NCBI GenBank assembly: GCA_963719225.1
Contig: CAVRAY010000001.1
Span: 768,001-832,000, forward strand
Length of the DNA: 64,000 nucleotides
Source of the DNA: Thermoanaerobaculia bacterium
Lineage (GTDB): Bacteria > Acidobacteriota > Thermoanaerobaculia > UBA5066
Direction of reading: 5' to 3'
In this document: in pieces, positions 37,975 through 46,967 of the stretch
Numbering within the stretch: the stretch's first letter is position 1
Layout of the letters: every line of letters begins with the position of its first letter
Translations under genes and position numbers: made by a program
The notes under the pieces: model-generated
Database searches by the model: none
Told to the model about the DNA's origin: nothing
The model's input: the letters and a program-made list of their open reading frames with translations, nothing else

Positions 37975-40900
37975 GTGGAAAGAGGGAGCGCGCCGCGACG
38001 GTGGACGGACGGGGTCAGCCCCGCGCGAAACCCGTTCCGTGAGCAGGACGCCTGCGGCGTCGGCTTCGTCGCGCACCCGCGCCACTCCTCGCATCGGGTC
38101 CTGAGGCTCGCGCTCGGGGGGCTCGCCCGCGTCGCGCACCGCGGCGCGACGGGCGCGGACCGGACGGGCGACGGCGCCGGGATCCTGACCCGCATTCCCG
38201 AGAAGCTCTTCCGCCGCGAGGCGGAGCGGCTGGGGATTCCTCTTCCCGACGGGGCGCCTTTCGCGATCGGGACGTTCTTCTTTCCGCGCGTGAACGACGC
38301 GCAGCTCTGGTCGATGGAGCTCGTCGAGAAGACGTTCGCCGCCGAGGGGCTGCCGTTCCTCGGATGGCGCACCGTGCCCGTCCGGACCGAGCGGCTGGGC
38401 CCTGCGGCCGAAGAGGCGAGGCCGGCGATCTTCCAGGCCTTCGTCGGTCCTCCGCGTGACCGGGACGCCGCCGAGTGGGAACGAACGCTCTATCTGGCGG
38501 GACGCGTCGCCGCGCGGCGGGCGCGCCAGGCGAGGCTCCACGGCTTCTGGGTCGTGTCTCTCTCGTCGAGGACCATCGTCTACAAGGCGCTCCTGACCGG
38601 GACGGAGCTGAAGCCCTTCTATTCCGACCTCGAGGACTCCGACTACGAGACACCGATCGCCGTCTTCCACCAGAGGTATTCCACGAACACGGTTCCGAGC
38701 TGGAGCCTCGCGCAGCCGTTCCACCTCCTCGCGCACAACGGCGAGATCAACACGTTGTGGGGAAACCGGAACGCGATGCGCGCGCGCGAACCCGAGCTGT
38801 CGTCCCCGGTCTGGAACGGCCGCCTTCCGCGCCTCCTCCCCGTCCTGACCGACGAGGGCAGCGACTCGACGAGCCTCGACGAGGCGCTCGAGCTCCTCGT
38901 GCGATCGGGTCGCGACCCGCTTCACGCGCTCACGATGCTGATTCCCGACGCTCCCCAGGGCGAGGCCGATGACGCCCTGCGTGCGTTCTACGATTTTCAC
39001 GCGGGCCTCGTCGAGCCGTGGGACGGACCCGCGGCCGTCGCCTTCTCGGACGGAATCGTGGCCGGCGCGCACCTCGACCGCAGCGGCCTTCGTCCCCTGC
39101 GCTTCAAGATCGCGCGGGACGGGCTCGTCGTGGCCGCTTCGGAAGCGGGAATCGTCGACCTCGAGCCCGAGGACGTCGTGGAGAGCGGGCGCCTCGGCCC
39201 GGGCGAGACGATCGCGGTCGACACGGCGACGGGAGAGGTGCTCCGCGACGCGGACGTGAAAGCCCGCCTCGCCGCGCGGCGGCCCTGGGGCGCGTGGGTG
39301 AAGCGGCATCTCGTACACGTCACGAAGGTGGAGGTCCCTCTTCCTCCCCCGCCCGACGAGGACCTCGTCAGGTTCCAGAGCGCCCGGGGATGGGGCGTCG
39401 AGGACGTCAAGTACGTCCTGGCCCCGATGGCGGCCGGAATGGAACCGGTCTTCAGCATGGGCGACGACGCTCCGATCCCGCCGCTCGCGAAATCCCTACA
39501 GCCGCTCTACTCGTTCTTCCGCCAGCGCTTCGCCCAGGTCACGAATCCGCCGATCGACTCGCTGCGCGAGACGCTCGTCATGTCGCTTCGCATGGACCTC
39601 GGGAAGGGAGGCTCGCTCCTCCTCGAGGAGCCCGGCGACGCCCACTTCCTGACGCTGGAGCATCCGGTCCTCCTCGAGGACGAGATGGCGGGCGTCTTCG
39701 CCGCGTCGGCGTTCAGGCCCGTGACTCTCGACGCGACGTTCCCCGCCGACGACGGGGAGCGCGCCCTGACCGCCGCGCTCGAGGAGCTGTCGCATCGCGC
39801 CGAGGCGGCGGTGCGCGCGGGTTCGGAGATCCTCGTGATCACCGACCGCGGCGCCACGAAGGAACGCGTTGCGATTCCCTCGCTCCTCGCGCTCGGCGCG
39901 GTCCGCGAGCACCTCCTCCGCACGGGCCTGCGCTACCGCGTCGGCCTCGTCGTGGAGAGCGGCGACGCGCGCGACGTGCATCACTTCGCGGTCCTCTGCG
40001 GGTTCGGGGCCGAGGCGGTCCACCCGTGGCTCGCGCTCGCGTCCGTGCGGGCGCTCGCCGCGCGGGAGGACGTTCCCGGCGACGCCGCAGCCACGTTCCG
40101 GGTCTCGGCCGAGAAGGGGCTCCGCAAGGTCATCGCGAAGATGGGGATCTCCGCGCTGTCTTCGTATTGCGGAGGTCAGGTCTTCGACGCGCTCGGGCTC
40201 GCGCCCGAGGTGATGGAGCGCTGCTTCCGGGGAACCTCCTCGCCGCTCGGCGGCCTCGGATTCGCCGAAATCGCCTCGGACGTCCTCGCGTCCCATCGCG
40301 CGGCGTGGGAAGGCGCTCCGCTGCCCGACCACGGCCGCGTGCGCTATCGCAAGGACACCGAAGAGCACGCGTGGTCGCCGCCGGTCGTCGTCTCCCTCCA
40401 GAAGGCGGCGAAGGGAACGGACGGCGCGTGGGAGGAGTTCCGCGAGAAGGCCGACGCGCGAGGCGCTTCGGTGCCGCGGGACCTGCTCGGCTTCGCTCCG
40501 CGGCAGGCCGTGCAAGTCGAGGAGGTCGAGAGCGCCGAGGAGATCCGCAAGCGCTTCATCGTCTCGGCGATGTCGCTCGGCGCCCTTTCCCCGGAGATGC
40601 ACGAGACGCTCGCGATCGCGATGAACCGGATCGGGGCCCGATCGAATTCCGGCGAGGGCGGCGAGGACCCGGCGACCTGGGAAGACTCCGGCGGCGAACG
40701 CCGGGACAACAAGATCAAGCAGGTCGCCTCCGCGCGCTTCGGCGTCACGGCCCGGTACCTCGTGAGGGCAGACGAGCTCGAGATCAAGATGGCCCAGGGC
40801 GCAAAGCCGGGGGAAGGCGGCCAGCTGCCCGCGCACAAGAACTCGCCGCTCATCGCGCGGCTGAGGCTCACGGTGCCGGGCATTCCACTCATCTCGCCGC

Positions 40901-42471
40901 CGCCGCACCACGACATCTATTCGATCGAGGATCTCGCGCAGCTCATCCACGACCTCAAGGAAGTCAATCCCAATGCCCGCGTCGGCGTGAAGCTCGTGGC
41001 CGAGGCCGGCGTCGGGACCGTCGCCGCGGGCGTCGCGAAGGCTTACGCCGACTACGTGCTCATCGCCGGGCACGCGGGCGGGACGGGCGCCTCTCCGCTC
41101 TCGTCGATCAAGCACGCCGGCGCGCCCTGGGAGCTGGGGCTCGCCGAGGCGCAGCACGCGCTCGTCGAGAACGGCCTCCGCCGCCGCATCGAGGTGCGCG
41201 TGGACGGGGGCCTCAGGACGGCGCGCGACGTCGTCATCGCCGCGTGCCTCGGCGCCGAGTCGTTCGGCTTCGGGACGGCGCCTCTCGTGGCGGCGGGGTG
41301 CTCGATGGCGCGGCAGTGCCACCTGAACACGTGCCCGACGGGCATCGCGACCCAGCGCGAGGACCTCCGCAAGAAGTATCGCGGGACTCCCGAGAAGGTC
41401 ATCGCGTACTTCACGCACCTCGCCGAGGACGTGCGCGAGATCCTCGCTTCGCTCGGCGCGCGCTCCCTGGACGAGATCGTGGGCCGGGCCGACTTCCTCG
41501 CCCGCGTCGACCGCCCGGAATCTCCGCGTGCGGCGCTCCTCGACACGTCCCTCCTTCTCCTTCGCGCCGACGACGGGACGAGCCCGCGCCGACGCATGCA
41601 GCTGCGCAACGACCGGCCGCGCCGGGGTCCGCAGTTCCCGTCGCTCGACAGCGAAGTCCTTCCCGAGGCACTTTCCGCGCTCCGGTCGTCGGGCGCGTAC
41701 TCCGGGACGTTCGAGGTGCGCAACCACAACCTCTCCGTGGGGGCGCACCTTTCCGGCGCGCTCGTGCGCGAGCTCGGCGAGGTCCCTCCCGGCGCCGTGC
41801 GCCTGAAGTTCCGCGGGCCGGCCGGCCAGAGCTTCGGCGCGTTCGCGATCTCGGGCCTCGTCCTCGAGCTCGAGGGCGAGGCGAACGACGGCGCGGGGAA
41901 GGGACTCTGCGGCGCCGAGATCGTCCTGAAGCCGTCCCCCCGTGCCCGCCATGCCGCCTCGGCGGGTCCCCAGGCGATCGTCGGGAATGCGGCGCTCTAC
42001 GGCGCGACGTCCGGCCGCTTCTTCGCCGCGGGCCGCGCCGGCGACCGGTTCGCCGTGCGCAACTCGGGGGCGGTGGCGGTCGTCGAAGGGCTCGGCGTGC
42101 ACGGCTGCGAGTACATGACGGGTGGGATCGTCGTCGTCCTCGGAGAGACGGGGGCGAACTTCGGGGCGGGAATGACGAACGGCGTCGCTTACGTGCTCGA
42201 CGCCGACGGACTCTTCGCGTCGCGGTGCAACACGGAGCTCGTGAACGTCGAGCCGCTGGGCGTCGCCGACGAGGAGATCCTCCTGCCGCTCGTCAGGACG
42301 CATCTCGAGAGGACGGGGAGCGCGGTCGCCCAGCGCATCCTCTCGAGCTGGGACTCCGTGCGCACCCGGATGCGGCGCGTGGCCCCGAAGACGGCGCCGG
42401 CCCTGGCTCCGGCGGTCGCGGATGCGAAGGAAGCGCCCGACGAGAAGCCGAAGCTCGCCCGGACGGCGTAG
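37975..42471 (+). CDS. gltB: Glutamate synthase large subunit
   Basis: DACGVGF, HQRYSTNT, HNGEINT, EPWDGPA, FAQVTNPPID, SNSGEGGED, QGAKPGEGGQLP, CSMARQCHLNTC; GAGGAG RBS before GTG37975. Confidence 0.96.
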   Translation: MERGSAPRRWTDGVSPARNPFREQDACGVGFVAHPRHSSHRVLRLALGGLARVAHRGATGADRTGDGAGILTRIPEKLFRREAERLGIPLPDGAPFAIGTFFFPRVNDAQLWSMELVEKTFAAEGLPFLGWRTVPVRTERLGPAAEEARPAIFQAFVGPPRDRDAAEWERTLYLAGRVAARRARQARLHGFWVVSLSSRTIVYKALLTGTELKPFYSDLEDSDYETPIAVFHQRYSTNTVPSWSLAQPFHLLAHNGEINTLWGNRNAMRAREPELSSPVWNGRLPRLLPVLTDEGSDSTSLDEALELLVRSGRDPLHALTMLIPDAPQGEADDALRAFYDFHAGLVEPWDGPAAVAFSDGIVAGAHLDRSGLRPLRFKIARDGLVVAASEAGIVDLEPEDVVESGRLGPGETIAVDTATGEVLRDADVKARLAARRPWGAWVKRHLVHVTKVEVPLPPPPDEDLVRFQSARGWGVEDVKYVLAPMAAGMEPVFSMGDDAPIPPLAKSLQPLYSFFRQRFAQVTNPPIDSLRETLVMSLRMDLGKGGSLLLEEPGDAHFLTLEHPVLLEDEMAGVFAASAFRPVTLDATFPADDGERALTAALEELSHRAEAAVRAGSEILVITDRGATKERVAIPSLLALGAVREHLLRTGLRYRVGLVVESGDARDVHHFAVLCGFGAEAVHPWLALASVRALAAREDVPGDAAATFRVSAEKGLRKVIAKMGISALSSYCGGQVFDALGLAPEVMERCFRGTSSPLGGLGFAEIASDVLASHRAAWEGAPLPDHGRVRYRKDTEEHAWSPPVVVSLQKAAKGTDGAWEEFREKADARGASVPRDLLGFAPRQAVQVEEVESAEEIRKRFIVSAMSLGALSPEMHETLAIAMNRIGARSNSGEGGEDPATWEDSGGERRDNKIKQVASARFGVTARYLVRADELEIKMAQGAKPGEGGQLPAHKNSPLIARLRLTVPGIPLISPPPHHDIYSIEDLAQLIHDLKEVNPNARVGVKLVAEAGVGTVAAGVAKAYADYVLIAGHAGGTGASPLSSIKHAGAPWELGLAEAQHALVENGLRRRIEVRVDGGLRTARDVVIAACLGAESFGFGTAPLVAAGCSMARQCHLNTCPTGIATQREDLRKKYRGTPEKVIAYFTHLAEDVREILASLGARSLDEIVGRADFLARVDRPESPRAALLDTSLLLLRADDGTSPRRRMQLRNDRPRRGPQFPSLDSEVLPEALSALRSSGAYSGTFEVRNHNLSVGAHLSGALVRELGEVPPGAVRLKFRGPAGQSFGAFAISGLVLELEGEANDGAGKGLCGAEIVLKPSPRARHAASAGPQAIVGNAALYGATSGRFFAAGRAGDRFAVRNSGAVAVVEGLGVHGCEYMTGGIVVVLGETGANFGAGMTNGVAYVLDADGLFASRCNTELVNVEPLGVADEEILLPLVRTHLERTGSAVAQRILSSWDSVRTRMRRVAPKTAPALAPAVADAKEAPDEKPKLARTA

Positions 42472-42529
42472 CTTCCCCGGCGCGCCCGGCCTGCCGACGC
42501 GGCAGGCGGAAGCCTGATAGGTTTCCGCC

Positions 42530-43537
42530 ATGCTTTTCACTCTGCTCCTCTTCCAGGCCGCTGCGGCCGCGCCGTCCGTTCCATCGGCGGCCATCCTCCG
42601 AGTCGTCCCGAAACACGAAGAGCTCGCGTATACGTTCGGCGGTGTCCCCGCGCGCTATCGGATCCGATCCGGCACGCGGGTCGTCGCATGGACGGAAGAC
42701 TGCTTCGACGGCGCCGTGAAGACGACCGCGGACCTGCCGTCGAAGGTCATGGCGCCCGGGCACGACAACCCGCAGACGGGGCCGTTCTTCGTGGAAGGCG
42801 CCGAGCCGGGCGACACCCTCGCGATCCGGATCCTGAAGCTGGAGCCCGCGCGGACGTGGGCCGTCTCCGCGTTCGGGCCGGGTTTCGGCGCGCTCGTCGG
42901 GACGGATCGCACCGCGATCCTGGGTCCCGAGTTCCCTGAGACCGTGTGGCGCTACGGGATCGACGCGAAGAAAGGCGTCGCGCGGACGACGTCCGGCGAC
43001 GGGAAGCAGGCCTGGGAAGTTCCGCTCGCTCCGTTCCTCGGCTGCCTCGGCGTCGCGCCTTCGATGGGCGAAGCGCGCTCCACGATCGTACCGGGCACCT
43101 TCGGCGGGAACATGGACTGCCCCGAGGTGAAGGCGGGAAACACGGTCTATCTCGGCGTGAGCGTCAAGGGCGGGCTCTTGTCGTTCGGCGACGGCCACTA
43201 CGCGATGGGGGACGGCGAAATCATGGGGGCCGCCGTCGAGGGCGCGATGAACGTCGAGCTCGTCGTGGACCTGGTGAAGGGAAAGCCGACTCCCGTGCCG
43301 CGCATCGAGAACGCGGACGAGGTCATGTTCGTGGGCGCGGGCCGTCCCCTCGAGGACGCCGCGCGCGTCGCCTTCAAGGCGATGGTGGGGTGGGTGCGCG
43401 AGGCGACGGGCCTGCCGGAGATCGATGCCTACCAGTTCGTCTCGCAGTTCGCGAAGGCGCCGATCGTCCAGCTCGTGGACCCGGAGTACACCGTCCTCGT
43501 GAAGCTCGAGAAGAAGCGGCTGCCGCAGAAGCGCTGA
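42530..43537 (+). CDS. Acetamidase/formamidase family protein
   Basis: NPQTGPFFVEGAEPGD, GGNMD, GDGHYAMGDGE. Confidence 0.9.
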   Translation: MLFTLLLFQAAAAAPSVPSAAILRVVPKHEELAYTFGGVPARYRIRSGTRVVAWTEDCFDGAVKTTADLPSKVMAPGHDNPQTGPFFVEGAEPGDTLAIRILKLEPARTWAVSAFGPGFGALVGTDRTAILGPEFPETVWRYGIDAKKGVARTTSGDGKQAWEVPLAPFLGCLGVAPSMGEARSTIVPGTFGGNMDCPEVKAGNTVYLGVSVKGGLLSFGDGHYAMGDGEIMGAAVEGAMNVELVVDLVKGKPTPVPRIENADEVMFVGAGRPLEDAARVAFKAMVGWVREATGLPEIDAYQFVSQFAKAPIVQLVDPEYTVLVKLEKKRLPQKR

Positions 43538-43569
43538 GAGGGGGGAAGAAGAGCGGAAGGAAGAGACCC

Positions 43570-44502
43570 TCAGGAAGTAGAGCTCGCGTCGTCCACGACC
43601 CGATTTCGGCCGAGTCTCTTCGCCTCGTACATCCGCGCGTCCGCCCGGGCGACGAGCGAGGCCACGGTGTCGTCCGTCCGCGCCTCGGTCACGCCGACCG
43701 AGACGGTCATCTCGAGGCCGGGGACCGTCGGAACGCTGGAATGTGCGATGAGAGTTCGCAGCCTCTGGCCGGCCTCCGTGAGGTGGTGCGCGTCGAGCCC
43801 TCCGACGAGCACGATGAACTCCTCGCCGCCCCAGCGCCCGAGGAAGTCGCCCACCCTCAGGGCGCCCGAGAGCGTCTTCCCGACGACGCGGAGCGCGTCG
43901 TCTCCCGCTGCGTGTCCGTACCGGTCGTTGACGTTCTTGAACCCGTCCAGGTCCAGGAAAAGGAGTCCGACCGGCAGCCCGTAACGCTGCTTCTCGGCGA
44001 GACGCGAGGAGAGCTGGATCTCCGCGTAGCGGCGGTTTCCGGCGCCGGTGAGGGGGTCGATCAGGGAGAGGGCCTCCAGCTCCCGGATCCGCTCTGCCGC
44101 GAGGACCTGTCCGGAGATGTCGTTGAAGACTTCGACGGCTCCGACGATCTCGCCGGCGGTCCCCCGGATCGGGTACGCGCGCACCGTGATCGGCACGCGA
44201 TGGCCGTTCTTGTGGTGGAGAAACATCTCCTCGGCCCGTTCGAGGCCGTCGACCATCGTGGCCTCCATCGGGCAGCCGTCGTGGCAGAGGAGCCGGCCGT
44301 TCGAATCCATGTGCTGGAGGAGTCCCTCCGCGCAGCACTTGCCGAGCACTTCCTCGGCGGGATAGCCCGTGAGCCGTTCCGCGCCGCGGTTCCAGTACGT
44401 GATGCGGCGCGACCGGTCGAGAAAGTAGACACCTTCCGTGAGGTTGTCGATCAATCCCCTGAAAAAACCGTCATCGTGGGTCGGGTGCACGCTGTCTGCC
44501 AT
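43570..44502 (-). CDS. PAS-GGDEF diguanylate cyclase
   Basis: WNRGAERLTGY PAS domain; DPLTG, DLDGFKNVND, RVGD I-site, RWGGEEF. Confidence 0.93.
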   Translation of the reverse strand: MADSVHPTHDDGFFRGLIDNLTEGVYFLDRSRRITYWNRGAERLTGYPAEEVLGKCCAEGLLQHMDSNGRLLCHDGCPMEATMVDGLERAEEMFLHHKNGHRVPITVRAYPIRGTAGEIVGAVEVFNDISGQVLAAERIRELEALSLIDPLTGAGNRRYAEIQLSSRLAEKQRYGLPVGLLFLDLDGFKNVNDRYGHAAGDDALRVVGKTLSGALRVGDFLGRWGGEEFIVLVGGLDAHHLTEAGQRLRTLIAHSSVPTVPGLEMTVSVGVTEARTDDTVASLVARADARMYEAKRLGRNRVVDDASSTS

Positions 44503-44507
44503 CGCGT

Positions 44508-46967
44508 CTAAGGGTACAGCAGGAACGCGGCCCGCCGCCTCTCGGACTCCATCGATCCTGCGGCCCAGGCGCCCGTGATCTCGCCGGCGGTCTCGCCGCG
44601 TGAAAAGCGCGCGAGCGCGGCGCGGCTGACGAGGAGACGGTTCAACTTCTCCCCGTTCCACTCTTTCGCGTGCAGGTCGCGGAGGGCGGTCGCGACGTGG
44701 AAGCCGAGGGCCACCGCGTTCAGAGCATTCCGGTCGACGAGCGTGATCCGGACGCCGGAGCACTCCTCGTCCTTGAAGACCGACGAGAGAGGCTTGAAGC
44801 GCACGGGCGTGAAGCGCACTCCGGCGAGGCCGCGCGCGTTCAAGGTCGCCGCGACGCGCGGGCCGTCCATCCACGGCGCGCCAAAAATCTCGAACGGGGA
44901 GTCGGTCCCGCGCCCGACGGAGAGATTCGTCGTCTCGAGGAGGCCGATCCCCGGATAGAGCGCCGCCTGGGTCACCGAACGGAGGTTCGGCGAAGGGTTC
45001 ACCCAGGCGAGGCCCGTCTCGTCGTACCAGAGGTCCCGCGCGTAGCCCCGCATCTTCACGACCGTCAGGTCCGCACCGAGCTTTTTCTCCGCGTTGTAGA
45101 GAGTCGCCAGCTCGCCGATCGTCATCCCCGTCCGGATCGGCGTCGTGTGATACGCGACGAAGGAGAGCGCGTCGTCGTCGGCCGGCGGGCCCTCCCGCAC
45201 GTCGGCGCGAATCGGGTTCGGCCGATCGAGGACGAAGACTTTCACTTTCGCTTTCGCCGCCTCTTCGAGGACGTAGCCCATCGAGGCGAGATACGTGTAG
45301 AAGCGGCAGCCCGCGTCCTGCAGGTCCACGACGACGGCATCGAGGCCCTTGAGATCCTCGGGCCGCGGCCGGCGCGACTCGGGCGTATCGCCGTAGAGCG
45401 AGCGAACGGGGAGGCCCGTCTTCTCGTCGGTGGAGTCGGAGACCTTCTCGTCGAGCGCCCCGCGGATTCCGTGCTCCGGGGAGAAGAGCTTGGAAAGGGT
45501 CACGCCCGCTGACTTTGCCTTTGCCGAGGAAAGTACGTCGATCGTGGAGCGGCCGTCGCGCGTAAGGCCCGTGTGGTTCGTGAGCAACCCGATGCGCATT
45601 CCAGAAATGAATTTGAACGAAGATTCTTCGAGTGTGTCGATGCCCGGCCGGACCTGCCCCAGAACGCGCGCATGCTCGGCAGCGGCCTCTATACCACTCG
45701 AAGAACGCGCCGCAGGCGCGGGCGCCGAAGGCGCGCTCGTGCTCTTCGAAGCTGCCGTCGCGGCGCCGATGGCGGCAAGGAAGGCAGTCCCCTCCGAAGC
45801 CTTTCTAAGCTCTTCCGGTGTCCTGTCCGTGATTGCGCTCGCGACGATCGTCGCGACCCTGCCGCGCAGCGGGATGACGTTTCCGGACTCGTCGGGATGG
45901 TTGCGGTTCGTGAGGAGGATGACGAACGTCTCCGTCGTCGGATCCAGCCAGAGAGACGTGCCGGTCCAGCCGGTGTGTCCGTAGGATCCGAGCGGAAAGA
46001 GATCCCCGCGGACCGACGAAAAGCGCGTGGCGACGTCCCAGCCGAGGCCGCGAAGATCGTCGTCGCCGTAGGAGCGCGGACGTGTCATCGCGGCGACCGT
46101 CGCGGGCGAGAGCACCCCGCTCCCGCCCGCGAGCATCGCCGCGCAGAACTTCGCCAGGTCGTCCGCGGTCGAAAAAAGTCCCGCGTGGCCCGCGACGCCG
46201 CCGAGCGCCGAGGCGCGCGGGTCGTGGACCGCGCCCCGCCGGATCTCGCCGTTGATCTTCTCGGTGGGGGCGATGCGGGAGAGCGGAGGAGAAAAGAAAG
46301 AAGAAGATTTCTTGGAAGGTGAAGAGGGAGAGAGGGGAAGGAAGCCCGTGTCCTTCATTCCGAGGGGCTCGAAGACGCGTTTCGCCGCGTATTCGTCGAG
46401 TGGAAGAGAAGAGATCCGACGCACCATTTCGCCGAGGACCTCGAATCCCGCATCCGAGTAAAGGAAGCGCGATCCGGGCGCCGCGACGAGCGGCTGCCTG
46501 TATTTCTTTTCGAAGATCTCCTGCGGCGAACCGACATAGAGCGCCATCGGATCGTCGGCGGCCAATCCCGCCCGATGCGTCAGGAGCTGCTCCACGGTGA
46601 CCTGGTCTCGGGCGCCGCCGCCCGACGCGAATTCGGGGATGTGTTTCGCGACGCGGTCCTGGAGGCGGACCTTCCCATCCTCGACGAGCGCCATCACGCT
46701 CGTCGCCGTCGCGACGACCTTCGTGAGGGACGCGAGGTCGAAGACCGTCTCCGGCGTCATCGGCTCGACGGCCGGAAGGACCGCACGGTTGCCGTAGGCT
46801 TTGCGAAAGACGATCTTTCCGTGCCGGCCCACGAGGACGACCGCGCCCGGGCACTCCTTGTTCCGGATCGACTCTTCGACGACGGAATCGATGTGGCTCA
46901 GGCGGCCGGCGGACATTGCCGCCGCGGACGGTTGGACGACCGCGAGCGCCAGGAGCAGAGAGATCAT
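44508..46967 (-). CDS. Serine hydrolase (beta-lactamase/AmiE-like) fused to DUF1343 / NamZ exo-beta-N-acetylmuramidase
   Basis: FDLASLTK (SxxK), YSD, GHTGWTG; then LLTNHTG, FSPEHG, DLQDAGCRFYTY, LDRPNP, PSPNL, GRGT. Confidence 0.9.
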   Translation of the reverse strand: MISLLLALAVVQPSAAAMSAGRLSHIDSVVEESIRNKECPGAVVLVGRHGKIVFRKAYGNRAVLPAVEPMTPETVFDLASLTKVVATATSVMALVEDGKVRLQDRVAKHIPEFASGGGARDQVTVEQLLTHRAGLAADDPMALYVGSPQEIFEKKYRQPLVAAPGSRFLYSDAGFEVLGEMVRRISSLPLDEYAAKRVFEPLGMKDTGFLPLSPSSPSKKSSSFFSPPLSRIAPTEKINGEIRRGAVHDPRASALGGVAGHAGLFSTADDLAKFCAAMLAGGSGVLSPATVAAMTRPRSYGDDDLRGLGWDVATRFSSVRGDLFPLGSYGHTGWTGTSLWLDPTTETFVILLTNRNHPDESGNVIPLRGRVATIVASAITDRTPEELRKASEGTAFLAAIGAATAASKSTSAPSAPAPAARSSSGIEAAAEHARVLGQVRPGIDTLEESSFKFISGMRIGLLTNHTGLTRDGRSTIDVLSSAKAKSAGVTLSKLFSPEHGIRGALDEKVSDSTDEKTGLPVRSLYGDTPESRRPRPEDLKGLDAVVVDLQDAGCRFYTYLASMGYVLEEAAKAKVKVFVLDRPNPIRADVREGPPADDDALSFVAYHTTPIRTGMTIGELATLYNAEKKLGADLTVVKMRGYARDLWYDETGLAWVNPSPNLRSVTQAALYPGIGLLETTNLSVGRGTDSPFEIFGAPWMDGPRVAATLNARGLAGVRFTPVRFKPLSSVFKDEECSGVRITLVDRNALNAVALGFHVATALRDLHAKEWNGEKLNRLLVSRAALARFSRGETAGEITGAWAAGSMESERRRAAFLLYP
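46303..46324 (+). repeat. TTCTTNGAAGG motif with purine-rich flanks inside the serine hydrolase gene
   Basis: GGAGAAAAGAAAGAAGAAGATTTCTTGGAAGGTGAAG; encodes SPSSPSKKSSSFFS on the minus strand. Confidence 0.75.
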
